DNA of 58,857 nucleotides, the filler included, from Sphacelaria rigidula (Eukaryota), in the NCBI GenBank assembly GCA_964200075.2. It is 5 parts of 5 records of this genome, joined end to end, with 100 filler letters (N's around TTAATTAATTAA, not from the genome) between each part and the next. Parts side by side here need not be neighbours in the genome. Positions count along the whole stretch, not along the records: positions 35,378 to 47,068 come from CAXNAA020004623.1; positions 47,169 to 58,857 come from CAXNAA020004624.1; 3 more parts are not named here. One strand, given 5' to 3'. Shown piece by piece: positions 38,054 through 52,187 of the stretch. The notes beneath the pieces were generated by a model that worked only from the letters and a program-made list of their open reading frames with translations, was not told the DNA's origin and searched no databases. Positions within the stretch are counted from its first letter, which is position 1, and the number at the start of each line of letters is the position of its first letter. Made by a program: the position numbers and the translations under genes.

Positions 38054-38162
38054 GAATAGAAACCGGAACAACAATTACTACAACAACGACAACGATTACA
38101 ACAGCAGGAATTCAGGAGACCCTTCCTCGGAATTATTGTGGCAGCAACCGCGGCGCCGATAA
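38054..38162 (+). CDS. Terminal exon of same protein, Asn-rich (RNRNRNNNYYNNDNDYNSRN...PRRR*)
   Basis: TTTGCTCAG| acceptor; the phase-2 junction AG|G gives Arg and enters the open frame of ORF 37929..38162. Confidence 0.65.
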
Positions 38163-40844
38163 CGGTCTGCGCCCTCGCCGAGCTTGTTCTCGATTATCCT
38201 GAGCAAAAAGAACGCGGCCGCCTTCCCTCCAATGCAGGGCGAATTTCCGTCAATGACCGCCGTGCGTAGATGAGCAGTTAGGGGCTAGCGCTGAAGCTGA
38301 TGCACGTGGGCGGTGGGTTTCTGCGTGTTTTTTCGGGGCTCCGTTCGTAGGTGTTGTGTTATCTTCACTACCACCATAGAAAATCGTCCTGTCTAAGTTA
38401 TACCGATTGTATCGCCCACGTCGACGTTTCATCCAATGGTTGACGGTTTACGCCCTTTGTTTGTTGACCAAGATGCATGTCGAGGCAACCGCAAACGCCA
38501 TTCGTATGCTCCTGCTCGGGTGTACTCGGCCCCGCAAGCACGGGATGCGGTGATGACGTTTGACCGTTTTGACGTAACGTACACCGTACACTTGGTCTCG
38601 GGTATACAATTATGTGTGCTGGTTGGCACGGCGGCACTAGCCAGGTAAAACGAACATGCCGTTACAAACGACTCCACTAGTGTCCTGGTGTAGAAGAGAT
38701 ATGGTTTCCAGCACAGGCCCCACGCCTTAGCTCATCTTGCCGTTGTGGGTGGTTAGCTTCTGGTCTAAACTCTTGAGGCGCGTGGCGCGGGAAGTTGATG
38801 ACTTCCGCGTCTAAAATAGGACGTGGGTGGCCATCCCTGCACCAAGTCTGTTGTACACTAGGTCTTTGAACCGCGATGGGGAGCCTTGGCCATTTGTGCT
38901 CTCAGTTGTATATCGTCTGGTCAATACGTATTGGCGTGACAGCATCGTGTGCAATTCCAAAGGATCGTGGAGGTGCATGCGGCTGGCTGAAACAGTTATT
39001 TTGTCGTGACGGAATCTACGCACTGCATGGAAAAATCTCCTTTGTGTGATGTGTTGCCGTAGTGCCAGTGTGGCCTCTTTGCAGGGGAAGCCTATGGGGT
39101 TGGTTGACTTGGGTCGCGTCGCCCTCGTCTGGATTTAATTATTGCTTTGTTTTGCCCAGGTGGCATGTCATCGATAGTGACAATGGGATAGTACTTACGG
39201 TAGTAGCGACTTGCGCACGTTTCATGAAGAGGATTATGGTGTTATGATGTGTAGACCCGAGGTTTTTTGTGCCGTCTGTGAGAAGAAAACGAAGTTGTTT
39301 GGCATGTGGGATTGCCGTCTTGTTTCACGTTCATTCTTGTGTTACACTACGGTAGCAATAGCTTGGGTTGGCGTCATATAGTGGCGCTACTGACATCGTC
39401 GGTGCAAGATCCGCCTGTTCACTGTAGTCGTGTAGAAATTTGTTCAGAGTTTCCGATGGATTGTTCTTCCGTACATGACGTCCTGAGACAAAACGTTGCA
39501 GGGCCGGAGGGGGAGGGGTCGACGGTACTGATTGTCCGTAAGCTAAGCAGCCGGCAGAGTTTTGCTTGTTTTGTCTTTCCCGACGAGCAGTGTCAAAAAG
39601 TGGCTAGGACACTTGTCTACTAGGTGGAAGGCGCTGACGAAATCAAGTAGAGGTGGCGACTGTCCACCGGGGGGAAGCGAAACACGTGCTGATAGATGTA
39701 CTGCTGTGTTTTTGTTTCGCCGAAACAGGAAGATGGGGCCACATGGAGCAGTAGACATGCACTTTCGCTTCCCTTTGCGTTATGACGCACGGGTATGGCT
39801 GGTGGCTCTATCGCTGATGGAAAGAACAGGTTATGCGCGAAAAGAGGAATAAAAGCGTACCATACTGTGATGTGTTGCTCCTTAGTCCTCCATCGTCTCG
39901 ACTCTACGGGGACGATGATTACTCGTCGATACTGCCGCGTTACGTCATGCAGGATGTGTAAGAACCGAAGGACGGCCCTTGCGGCGTTCGCGGCCGAATA
40001 TATATTATGTCCACGGCGTCTCATCAGGAAATCCAAACGCAGGCTGGCGTACGAAATCTCAAACAGCGGACAAAGGGCAAAACTCAACTCAAGAAGTCTT
40101 TCATTCGTCGTGCTGCTTGAACACAAATCGCGTTTTCGAGAAACTGAGGGCGTAGTATGTTCGATTTCGATGCACCTTCCTCGATGACTTTTCCCCAGGA
40201 CAAGATGCCAATTCGATGCAAATTGACGCATGTATACGCGAAAATTGCTCGTGCTTGCGTGGATATCTTGCTGTCAAAGATTCCTCGTGGAAATTTCGTA
40301 ACGTATTTTGCTGCCCGTAGAGGGGTATGCTGTGTGCTTGGCAGAGCTCGTGATCGGGCGTGGGGACGGGAAAGGACGCGGCGAGAATGACGTGGCCGCT
40401 TATGTTGTCACAAAAAAGACATTTCGTGCCACCAGTAATGTTTCCCGTCGCCTGAACAGAGTGATGCCGTGATGGCCCTTCACGGAAAAGTGACGGGTTT
40501 GGGGAGGCGAAATCTACATGCGAATTATTCTTGCAAAAGCCGATCACACCGAACACCTGGGAACTGCCACGCCTGGGATCGCTTTCGATAATGCCACCTA
40601 TATGAGGCGCTTCATCCACTCGTGAAACAAGATGTATGCGCTGTAAGGCTATTTTTTCGTCACAGATTTGGGGCTGGTTTGCGGGGGGCTACGACGGCAT
40701 CACTATCCGATGCGGGATAGAAGAGGAAATTCTTGAGGACAGACGGGACGGGAGGGGACAAGATTGTCGTCCTGTCTCGTCCTCACGGGGGAGTTCCCGA
40801 TACTTTTCTCGGATTTCACGGGAATTGCCGACACATCCCACGGG

Positions 40845-41107
40845 AACAACGTTTTCGTGAGATTGAGGGTAGAGCGCTGATTGAGAGTGGCTTTAATCAT
40901 TCGTTTTAACTTGGCCAATTTTTCATTCCGTGTGTGCTTTTCTTTGCCTCCATCACCGGCGAGTGCTTACAGATACACGTCGATGTCCTACTTGAAAATA
41001 TCCAGGGCCTCGCGATGGGGCATTTCGGAACTGAAACGATTTAGTCATGGATTGACCGCCTTTCCCTCTGAAACGTATCCTCTACTCTCAATTTCACAGA
41101 CCCTTTG
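40845..41107. mobile_element. MITE family C, degenerate copy
   Basis: AACAACGTTTTCGTGAGATTGAG...CTCTACTCTCAATTTCAC; homologous to 41402-41703. Confidence 0.75.
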
Positions 41108-41401
41108 TCGAACGTGTGCGCTCCCCAAAATGAGGGTATTGAGAATATAAAATCGCCCAGCGATGATTGAACACGTTCACGAAGACACAAACATCGACTT
41201 TATTCGAAGCACTGTACAACACCACACGTCAAAAACACGATTTGCCCGGGAACTTACGAGATGGGATATGATTTGTCGTTCTGCCCTCCTGCCCTCACGG
41301 GAACATGTGAGATGTCTGCAGTGAACGAGAGTTGAGACCGCAGGACAGTATAGTGCAGCTATGTTTGGACACTTTGAAACGATTATCACTTGTTGCAGGT
41401 A

Positions 41402-41703
41402 CAACAACGTTTTCGTGAGATTGAGAGTAAAGCGCTGATTGAGAGTGGCTTTGGTCATTCGCTTTGACCTAGTCAATTTTTCATTCCGTGTGTGCTTTCC
41501 TCCACCTCCATCACTGGCGTGTGCTTACACCTACACGTCGATATCCTACTTCGGGATATCGAGCGCCTCAGTGGCAAGCTACTACAGAAAGCATATCAGG
41601 GCTCGTGGAGGGGCATTTCGGGATTGAAACGATTCATTCACTAATTGACCGCTTTTCACTCTCAGTTGTATCTTCTACTCTCAATCTCACGAAAACATTT
41701 TTG
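41402..41703. mobile_element. MITE family C (~300 bp), ~28-bp TIR, TA TSD (Tc1/mariner-type)
   Basis: TA|CAACAACGTTTTCGTGAGATTGAGAGTA ... TACTCTCAATCTCACGAAAACATTTTTG|TA. Confidence 0.85.
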
Positions 41704-42035
41704 TACGTACAACACGCGACAAGAGTCAAAATGAAATAATAAAAGCAACGACCGCTACCCATGCACTGTTGGAGACTTCTGCTGTTGTTTTCTTCCCAAG
41801 CACTCCTGGGAAAGAAAGCACCGGGTCTCATCGCCACTCGACTCATGATACTGTCGTCCGCAGTGGGTTGGGTCCATCAACTCGAGCAACGCTGGCTGAG
41901 ATCTTTGGTCCAAACAAAACTTTGGAATGTCAGATTTATCGATGAATTCCTCCCACCAGTGTTGCACATCGAATATCGCTAATCGATATGATTTCGATAA
42001 ATATCAGCGATATGCCATATCGGTATCGGAGCGTA

Positions 42036-42185
42036 GTGTGTGTGTTGTCCCATCTATTCTTGACGCCGGTCTACACCTTTCGGTATATGTGGGCGCATCA
42101 GCCGGGGTCANNNNNNNNNNTTTTTTATCGCGAGAGGGGTTCAGCAGTCCCTTTCCCTCGTCAACCGTTACGTCGAACTTTGTGG
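42036..42185 (-). mobile_element. (CA)n-tailed retroposon end, copy 1
   Basis: TGTGTGTGTTGTCCCATCTATTC...CTACACCTTTCGGTATAT..GGGCGCA.CAGCCGGGGTCA, shared with 43921-44170. Confidence 0.7.
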
Positions 42186-43000
42186 AAAACCGGTATTGGC
42201 AAGCGTGTGCCAAATATCCTGGAGCTACCTACACGGTATACTGGCTAGCGCATGCCAAATAAAATTTGTAATTCAAAAAACTGCAAGCACCGTTTCTCCC
42301 TTGCTTCATAGTCGAAACAGCTGGGAAAAACGTTGAAAAAAGAACTCGCATTTAAGTTTGCGCATGTTCGTTTTGACACCTGTTCCTTTTCTAATGAATA
42401 AGCAGAGTCGAGGTGTGCGCTCATTCGATCGAAACACACGGAATGGTGACTGTAGAAATGAAGTATAACCAATACCACAGCCGGCCCGCTGTGATCCACT
42501 ATACTACATCTTGCACGATGACGAAAGATATTCGCAAGACAGCTGTATCACCGCATGCCGCCGCTGCTATGATGTCGATTTGCACACTACCCTGCACTAC
42601 CCGCTGCTGCACATCATGTGCCCACTGCTGTCCACTGGAAACTACCGTAGGTTCCTTGAGATACCACACCCTCAGGAGCGAATTTCAAAGCTCGATCACT
42701 TTCTCTCGACATGGTCGCAAGGGTCGGACAAATAACGATTCGTCTGAAAGTTTTAGTGTAATTGAGTCGACTTTTGAATTAATATCTAGGCTTTATTTCA
42801 GCGTTGCAACCCAGGTACACGCNNNNNNNNNNGACCAGCGATCAACTTTTTTCTCACTTCTAGGCAATCAGGCCGCAGAAATCGTGAATTTGGTGATTAT
42901 GAGTCGTGATGATTTGTCCTAACCGTGCATGGCTGCAACGCCGCCCAGTTCAGCCGTGGCATCGCTTCTGGTGAGGAGTAAGTGAGCTTAGAAAAGCTGT

Positions 43001-43537
43001 AAGGTTGTGTTCTGTAAGGTACGGTTTTCTGTATACCCGGAGTATTTTTCCGGGTATGTACCGTACCCGAAAGTTCTGTGACTTCCGTAAGACTTTCATA
43101 CCGGTACCCAACAGTTCCGTAATCTTTGTAAGACTTTCATACCCTTTCCCGATAGTTCTGTGAGTCCTGTACAATACATTTACCCGAACCCGAAGGGTGG
43201 GTTTACCCGAAAAGAGTTACCCGATTGCCGGTACCGGTTCTCTGTAAGCTTCTCATACCGTACCCGACAAGTTCTGTAAAGTCTGTGACACTTTCATACC
43301 GGTACCCGACAGTTCGGTAGGTTCTTTACATAATATTTACCCGAACCCCGAGGGGCAGGTATACCCGAAGAGAGTTACCCGGCTGCCGGTACCGGTTCTC
43401 TGTAAGCCTCCCGTACTGTACCCGACAAGTTCTGTGAAGTCTGTAAGACTGTCATACCGGTACCCGTCAGTTCCGTAAACTCTGTACGGAATCTCATACC
43501 GTACACAACGTACCCGTACCTTACAGAACACAACCTT
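43001..43537. mobile_element. Non-autonomous DNA transposon with perfect 24-bp TIRs and internal tandem repeats
   Basis: AAGGTTGTGTTCTGTAAGGTACGG (43001-43024) and its exact reverse complement at 43514-43537. Interior built of CTTTCATACCGGTACCCGACAAGTTCTGT repeats. No TSD evident. Confidence 0.9.
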
Positions 43538-43920
43538 GCTCTACGGGATGTGGTATCTTGAGCGACCTACATTGGTGAGTGAGGGTGTCAGTGCCAGTGT
43601 ACCACTCGGTCTTGTACACTGCGGCCATACCAAAACAGCCATATCGTATCGAATTTCGACATTCGGTACGTATCGTGTCATTTTCGGAATATCGACGAAA
43701 ATATCGATATCGGCGTTTGTGGTTCGATATTCTAAAAATATGTATCGAACTTTCTTCTCGGTCCGATATGCAACACTGCCTCCCACGAACCATTACGCAT
43801 CAACCCTTAAGACCGCCAGGGATCCAACCGTGGTCGTAATCCGCAAGAAAAACGAGGGTGGAGTCGCTCCCGGAGAAGTCACACTTGATGGCAAACAGTT
43901 GTGAGAAAACAACCAACTGT

Positions 43921-44170
43921 GTTGTGTGTGTGTGTCTTGCCGTCCCATCTATTCCGGTCGTCAGTCTACACCTTTCGGTATATTACATGGGCGCACCAGC
44001 CGGGGTCACACAGGAGGAAGTCCAACACAGAAGTACTTTATTCGTTTGTTTTCATTCTCCACCTTACCTTTGTGGTGCTCGCCTTTTCTTTATCCGCGCG
44101 AAGGGTTCAACAGCCCCCTTCCCTCATCCACCACCAAGTCGACTGACCAACTGGATTTTATTTGTCCGTT
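43921..44170 (-). mobile_element. (CA)n-tailed retroposon end, copy 2
   Basis: Homologous to 42036-42185. Confidence 0.7.
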
Positions 44171-45452
44171 GAAACTTCCCCTAGCTTGCCTTGGCGCACA
44201 TTGATGTTCGGGTATCCAAACCTTTCGTACATTCGAAAAGGCCCTCACCAAGTGAGGGAAGCCGCGTTTCATCGGATTCCCTCACCTTCGATAGCGGAGT
44301 ATTTTCGAGTCCTGTGAAAATTCGCGAGGGAAAGGGAGTTTCTCACCCATGAAATTTCCTATTCCAACATCTATTCTGTAACGCGTTTCCAGCAACGGGA
44401 AAAAGTTTCCGGAACACCAACGGCGGCACTGTACTTCTCATGGAGGTATTCCCTCCTTCATCATTTTGAGAGCGTCGCGCAAAAGTCCCGGAACATTTTA
44501 GTAGAATATCGGCAGGGAGAGTTGCCTTGACAAAACGTTCGGAAACCCGGATCTTGCCCGGATATCGACGAGGGGGCTACGGCTCCAAGGAGAAAAGTTA
44601 TAAGCTGGGTACAGCAGGGGATATCGGGAGCGTTCGGCCGGTTCGTCTAGTGTAGGCAGAACATCAGTTATTTATACTGTACCTCCACGTGATAGTAGCA
44701 GGTTTTCCGCGGAATATTCCAGCTTGACTTCAGTGTGAACATCGAAATTCGGATCCTCCGGCTCGATTCTTTGTACCGTCGTCACTGCTATATCCTCACA
44801 TATATGAGATGGAGCCTCTCGACGGTCTTTTGGGACTCCGAAACACAAAATACAGGCCAGTAGGTTTGAGTACCCAAATATTGTTCCTCGCTGTAAACAG
44901 AACGCGGGATTGACCCGATAGAAACCCAGTTGGCGTCATCGCGACCCACACGAGCAAGCGAACGTGGAGTCAATCGTTGCTTCGATGTTCTGACCCCCCT
45001 ACCAGAATGGAAGCACGGAAGCGAAACAGGGTGTTTCTTCTTCAAGTTTACAAACCAGATAAGCTCGGGTGGCCTGGCCATTACAGACCTGTATTTCGAA
45101 GTTTGAAATCGACGAAGCCGTCCAGTAGCCAACGGCTACGATACTTTTTTGATAGCCAGAACGTCAGCAGCGGTTCAAGTGTCATGTGGTGCACCCTCGC
45201 AGGGCAACCCCACCCAGCTGCTGCAACATGTTGAGTGGATGTCCCACGTAGAGTCACTCGTTCGCCTCTGCCCCCAGCATCATGGCTGAGCCTCTTTCAA
45301 ACAATAACGGCCGCAGTTGCTCACCTTGCAGCTTGCTAAAAGCTGACCTTCCGGAAGTATGTCGCGAGGCCCGTGCTGCAGCCCGGGAAACCATCACCGT
45401 CCATTGCGCTGATCGTCGTGAGTGCACATGGCAGACCATTTCTTCTGTGAGG

Positions 45453-45475
45453 TGGGTGGTGTTGAGAAAACACCA
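45453..45475 (-). promoter_or_regulatory. Histone mRNA 3' stem-loop-like element
   Basis: Minus strand GGTGTT-TTCTC-AACACC followed by ACCCA, ~95 nt after the H4 stop codon. Confidence 0.65.
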
Positions 45476-45569
45476 GGGGTTTGTCAGGAGGGCGGTAGGC
45501 CGCCCGAGTGCACAGGGATTGGAAGGAAAGGCTGACCCCATCAAAACAACGGAAGATGGGCGGCGATCT

Positions 45570-45998
<429 letters not shown>

Positions 45999-46908
45999 TT
46001 ATTATTTTTTGTTCAACAACAGTTGGTGTTTGTGCCTCACACTCGTGCAGGCAAACATAACGTCCGAACCGGAACATAGCAAAATACCTGTGATAGGTGG
46101 TGTTTGCCAATGAAGAGCGAAGCGATACCTGACCAACCGTCGGAATATCGAATGTCGGGTGTCGTACCTATACTCCAGCATGTCGTCAGTATATCGACAG
46201 TCGACAAAGCGAAGTCTACTTCGCATGGCCATCAGAACATTCGTACTGTACCGTCCATAATGCAGCCGTTAAGTGTTGTAGAGTGCATCTGGCTGGATTT
46301 GGTTCCGTGATCATTCGCACCATCGCCCCTACCATATCAAATACGGATCCATTTTACGCCCACGATGAGAAGATATGATCGTGTATCAAGATGGCGTCGT
46401 GTCCACGGGCAGAGATGATTAATGATGCAAACCAAACTAAAACTGGCTAGGCCCGCCAAGAGCCACGCGCTCGGGATCCGCCAATAAGACATCACTTTGC
46501 GGAGCTCAGTAGAGTTGGGAGCTGAGATTTTCACGAAAAATAGTGTGCAAGGTACTGTTGTAGTACCACGTACTACTGTATTCCACGACACATTCCGACT
46601 CACTCTCCTCCCCTCGCCCGCCCCACCCCCCCTGCTGAGATGGGGATCAAGTCATCATGAAGACGAGAATTTCAAAGGCAGGTCCGGTAGGGTATACCCT
46701 ACACCCAGGTATTGTAAAATTCGTATTTCATGTACGGTACTCCAAAATATGGGTAGACTAATGTGCGGAAATAATAATAATAAAAATAATTGAGATCGTA
46801 CCCAAATTACCCGGTCAGTATTGTACTGACGTCAGTACTTGGGTAAAGTATTGACAGGACACAATATCCTCAGCCCCAACTTGCAAGTATGAGTATTAAG
46901 GTCGTACC

Positions 46909-47068
46909 GGTCGCCCCGGTGGCTCAGTTGGTAACCTCGACACCTCCTGACGGTTGGGTCGTTGGTTCAATCCTCGGAGCGATCTGGGATTTTTTCTCAC
47001 CCCATGTCTAACCGTGGAGCGCGACCATGTCGTGGGTGCACAACATTCGACTGAATGGTCGGCGAGGG
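46909..47068 (+). mobile_element. tRNA-derived SINE head, copy 2 (cut by contig end)
   Basis: A box TGGCTCAGTTGG and B box GGTTCAATCC; homologous to 34539-34650. Confidence 0.72.
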
Positions 47069-47168
47069 NNNNNNNNNNNNNNNNNNNNNNNNNNNNNNNN
47101 NNNNNNNNNNNNTTAATTAATTAANNNNNNNNNNNNNNNNNNNNNNNNNNNNNNNNNNNNNNNNNNNN
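47069..47168. other. Artificial contig-join spacer
   Basis: 44 N + TTAATTAATTAA + 44 N. Confidence 0.97.
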
Positions 47169-50100
47169 AACAAATTTGTTTTTCGGAACGGGGGGTCTTT
47201 CGCGTGATCTATACCAAGACAGAAAATGATCCGACACGGTCGTCCCCCCCCCCCCCCCCCCGAAAACCCGTGATGTGACAGGAACTTCGCTAAAAAAATA
47301 TTTGAAATCGACGGAGTCAATGCAAAGTTATGAGGAAAGTCTGCTGTCCCAAATACAGAACATTTTTTTGCTCATTCTCGGCCGTATCTCATGGAGGCGT
47401 CACCGATTTCAAATTTGATTGCGCCAAAATTCCCGTCAGACGCCGTTTCGGACAATTTGACGATCTCGGTATTTTATTATTATTTATTATTATTTCCACA
47501 CATTAGTCCGATCTCGCGAACCCGTGGTCACAGACGTAGGCTCGCCTTTCCAATACCGGTATAAATCACGAAATACCTCCCGCCGTCCCGGGAAACAAAC
47601 CACTCCCATTCTCACGAACAACAGCATGATATTTCCTGTCTTCCTGTAATGAAGGGCGTACCATGCTGACCACCACGCGTTCCAGGAATCAGCCCTGTTT
47701 TGCTTTTTCCTTGAGTCACGACCATAATCAGAAAAAAAATTATTCAGGGTAAATATATATATCTCAAACTCGAGTAGTTTGAGATACTCTGTGGGACGGT
47801 TTTCGTAACTTCGCTGGATATGTACTGCAGTTTGTCGTGGAGGGACGAGCAGAAAAAAGTATGACACAACAGGTGGAAGAAGAAGATCTTGCTCCCAACC
47901 GCAAGCAGCCCAGAAGTTAACCCCTTGATTGTCGCCCAGAAGATAAAGGTCAGAGTGTTGAGTCGGCGTTTTCTATTACAACCCGGCGGCATAACATTAT
48001 TGATTATACCGACTGGATGGTATAGTGTGGTGCTCTTATAATACTAATTATACCACTGCACAGGTAGTATGAATTATTAAAAGTGTCTAAAAACGACTCG
48101 TTTCCGGTAATATTGAATGTCCGTCAATTTTACCGGGAAACCCGCGAGTTCGATTTGCGACGAATGTTTTTGTTTCCACGGACATAACCTTTCTTTCCAG
48201 CGGGCCGGGTGAATGATCTGGGAACCATCATCCCTGATATCTCTCATCATGCATGTAAGAAGGGCAGGCGCCATGGCGCATTCTAATCCACATCCCCGGG
48301 CAGGCGGTCGTCCACTCTGGGTACCTTTACGCACAAATAATCATCCATGGAAAAATAGAGTAGTAACCCACGGCGCGAGCACTCACAGGAGAGAATCTGA
48401 CTTGTGGCGATCTTTGAAATATCGATGCGGAGGAGGCCACAAAGCCAGGTCCCGGAAACCACTATTGTACTCGCACGAAAAATCTGCCTCTTTACCAAGA
48501 CAAGTTGAAGTAAGCCATCCCACAACACGAAATCACCCCGGGCACGATATTTGCGAGAGTTTGAAACCAAGTAGTTTGAACAAAAGATTATCAGTTTGGG
48601 ACACACCCGATCGGGGTAACTAGTCCGATGTGACGCACCAAGTGTTGGCAACCCCGCTACTCTATCGCTGGGGTGGTCATTACCTGTGTGAATGATTACG
48701 TGTTGTGTGAAAGACAAGCAAGCGAGGGGTAATTCAGACGGCGTTTACTGCTGCCGTAGCTGTTAAGCAGTACATTATTTATTTTGTTGAGGTTTCTCAA
48801 GACATCGTGCACAATAAACGACACTCCTTTAATATAAGGGAAGCACATCAACTATCAAACAAGAAACAAGAAATATCCACTTCTTCTCTGAAGTTCTTGC
48901 CCGTCTTCTGCAGATTACAGATGGAGCAGCAGCATTTTCGACGAGATGCTGTTGAACCGGGTACTCAGCCTTTTTTAGCCGCAGCTCCTTGCTAGCAGCT
49001 ACATTACACCATACACCACAAGAAAAAGCACTGAAACAAATCTCCTGCCCGTTCGGCTCAACAAGTGGGACCTGAGATAATCCAAAGAATGACGCTCGCT
49101 AGTCAATGTATATAGACACGCTTTTAGTAATGAATAACATACTACATATATTCATAAGATAATAAATTCACTTTCAAACTCAAGTCTGATGATCAAATTT
49201 CTGTTATCCGAAGAGTATTATGCATTACGAATAAATCAAACTCTTATGCACTGTATATCTGACATTTTAAAGCTGACGTGAGAAGTTTGTGTTTGTTGCT
49301 GTAGTATAGGCTTTACTCAGGTATTTGACAAGGCATACGTTACTTCAGTATTTTGCACTGCCCTGTCCGTCCTGATCACAAGGTCGGAAAAAAACCGATG
49401 ACATGCACGGAGAGCGAGGAGGGATATTTCTTGTCCTCACAGCCGATTCCCACTCCATCACTACTGCAAGCCGCACGCGAAGGTACCGATCCAATTCTAC
49501 ACCAACAGCACGGGGCTTACTTTAAAATAGAAGGAAGGGTGCTGAAGATTAGCTCGAAGCTGTCCGTGTTTTTCATCAAGTACAGAGGGAGGCAATAAGA
49601 ATTCCACATAATCAACCAAATCAAGAAAATTTCGGCAATCTCTCACCGCGCTTTTTTTTTTTTTTTTTTTTGAGTGTTTCCCTTTTTTCTTCTGACACTG
49701 TTGTTTTTGTGTTGCGTTTGCGTGCGGAGNNNNNNNNNNCCAACCACACCGAGAATATTTCGAAAATCACGCACGGCGCTTTTTTTTTTTGCCTTTGGAG
49801 TGTGTCCCTTTTTGCTGCAGACACTGTCGTCTGTGTGTTGCGTTTGCGTGCGGAGGCATCAATTTGACGCACACAAGTCGCAGTGTACATCGGAAGTAGA
49901 TACCCAGGCACAGTGGGAGAAAGAGAGATCTTCAGGAGGATTCAACAAGTACACATCAGCGTAGCAGGTATCGTTAGCTCGAGGCGGGTGGGTGGAGATT
50001 AGGGGCGCCAGCAGCAACACCGGATAGGTTTAGGGGCGTGAGTTTGGTCAGAAGGCGGGGGATGCAGCCCTGAAGTACATCATTTTTTGGGATTTTCAAG

Positions 50101-50278
50101 TCGAATTAAGTAACAGACAGGGGCAGCAACAAGGAGTGTTGTGGAGCACTTGGAGAGTTTTTCCACTCTCTCTGCAACGGCAGACAGACTTGGACCTTGG
50201 GCAAGGCAGTCGATCCGAAGACACTTGTTTCCCACACACGCACCACCACCACCACCACCACCCACTCACCCACCGAAG

Positions 50279-50516
50279 CTACACCGTCATCCTCTTTTGT
50301 ACAAGACAAGAACGGTGTCGAGTACGGGCGTAAGGCACACCGGGGCCCAGGCCGGTGGCGGTGCTGGCGACCGAAGCAGCAACAGCCAGGGAGACAGCAG
50401 GGGGGCCGGGGCAGCGGTGGTTGTAACCCCGAAAAAAAGACCACCCCGAGCTATGACCGGCGCCAACAAATGCTTGTTCGGGGGAGGGAAGGACTGCACA
50501 AAGCACCGGATGTACG
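50279..50516 (+). CDS. Putative exon of a second, divergent EsV-1-7-like Cys/His protein
   Basis: Open frame of ORF 50141..50533 ending KCLFGGGKDCTKHRMY(G), with strong donor G|GTGAGT. The acceptor (CCGAAG|) is tentative. Confidence 0.55.
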
Positions 50517-52125
50517 GTGAGTTATTTGTATGAGTACTCGTTTGGAGTGGAGAAGGGGGGGGTAGGGATAGGGTTCAGACAGGTGCTGATTGTTGGTTGG
50601 GTGCAGCGGCTGGTATTGTCTGTCTGCTCAATACAATCGAAGTCGGGGTAAAAATAATTGAAAATGAAACTTGGAATGTAAGGTCAACGGGTGCTTGCTT
50701 CAGATCGGAGTACAGGCTCAGGCCCTTCGCCGCGCCTCGGGGGCCCTGTTTATGTTCAATGCTGTCTGTTGATGTTGGGGGCAGGAAGTGGCTGCCTCGT
50801 TGTTGCAGGATCCAAGGAAGAGGTTGGCAAAGCAAGGTAGATGCATGCCCTGTAGTATCGGAGTTTTTGCTGCCAGAGCGCCCTTGTGTGTGGTGCGTTT
50901 CCCTCGTCGCCCTGAATATATTTTTTTGCAGGAAAGGGATGTAAATGCTACTGTTGTACCGACTGTACTGACTGTGCACTGTACTTTTTTGTACTTCACT
51001 TTACTGTTTTGTACAGTACTGTACTTACTGTACGTCTTATATCTTACGTATTAAATGTCCAAGCGGGCGCTCACTCCTTACACTCGTGTACTGATGCTGT
51101 ATGAATTGAGCACCCCAAAAATGGTGGTCACAAAAAAACGCAGGTATACTGCACGGCACCGCTGATCTGGTTGTTATACTGACTCGGTGAACATTCCAGC
51201 CCGGTGCACAGTCAACCCAAAGGCAGTGCACTACAGCACAGTACAGTACCACGCAGTTTTTCGCATAATCCATTTCGTTTCCACCCAAAAGATGTGAGGT
51301 TCTGTCATTCAATTTTTTTGCGAAAACAATCCGCGCGCGTTTATTTCGACGCTTTGTTTTTATCATCTATTGCATGACCTCACGAAGTGTCACGAAGTGA
51401 CAAAGGGGTCATTTGCTGCGCTGCAAAACGCGCGTTGGTGTTACGCGTGTCCCTTCCGCTTCTCGTTGGTTTAGCCTTGTGCGCTATTCCCCACGCCACG
51501 CAGTGCAGGATTTGCGGCGTGTAAACACACGAGCACTGGACAACAGCGTTAGAGGGAGGCAGTGGCAGATCTTTTCACCTAAAAATCCAGCGAATTTAGT
51601 GCCCTGACAACGTTCACACAATCGAAAATCAAAGCTCCATCGCCGAAAAGACGCGCTTGGAGCGGGAGGATGGTTTTGCTTTCTTCCGTCAGTCGTGAAA
51701 AAGCACCCGATGTTGCTGCTCTTGTTGTTCACGCAAAACATTTTTTCTGAGCGCCAACGCGTACAGTACACACATGATATGGCATGGTATATCTACTTCA
51801 TGATACGACAACTGCAATCATGTCTCACGCACCGCTAGTTTTTTGTTCGATACATGTCATTTTTGTTCTCGCTCGATGAGTTAACTTCGGCAGTAGTTCT
51901 GATGCTCTGGCGATGTGGGGTGAGATGTTTTCCGGTTCTGTTCACAGGAGGTGTTTCCGCTTATGTGTAAGTTTGATGAGGCGGAGTGATTTTGTCACTT
52001 GCAACACTTGTCAGTGTTTCAAACTGACACGTGACTGTAGTCCAGACCGGGAATATTTGTTGGAGGCCAGCTGCCAGTACATCTCACCGTACCCCTGCTA
52101 CCCTCACCCCCGTTACCACCACTCA

Positions 52126-52160
<35 letters not shown>

Positions 52161-52187
52161 ACCCCCCCCCGCGCCCGCGCACAACAG

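Noticed and set aside
47873..49482. Candidate small exons (47873-47948, ~48921-48960, ~49443-49482) upstream of the second EsV-1-7-like gene
   Set aside because: AG/GT boundaries exist, but there is no recognisable peptide and no unambiguous phase chain.
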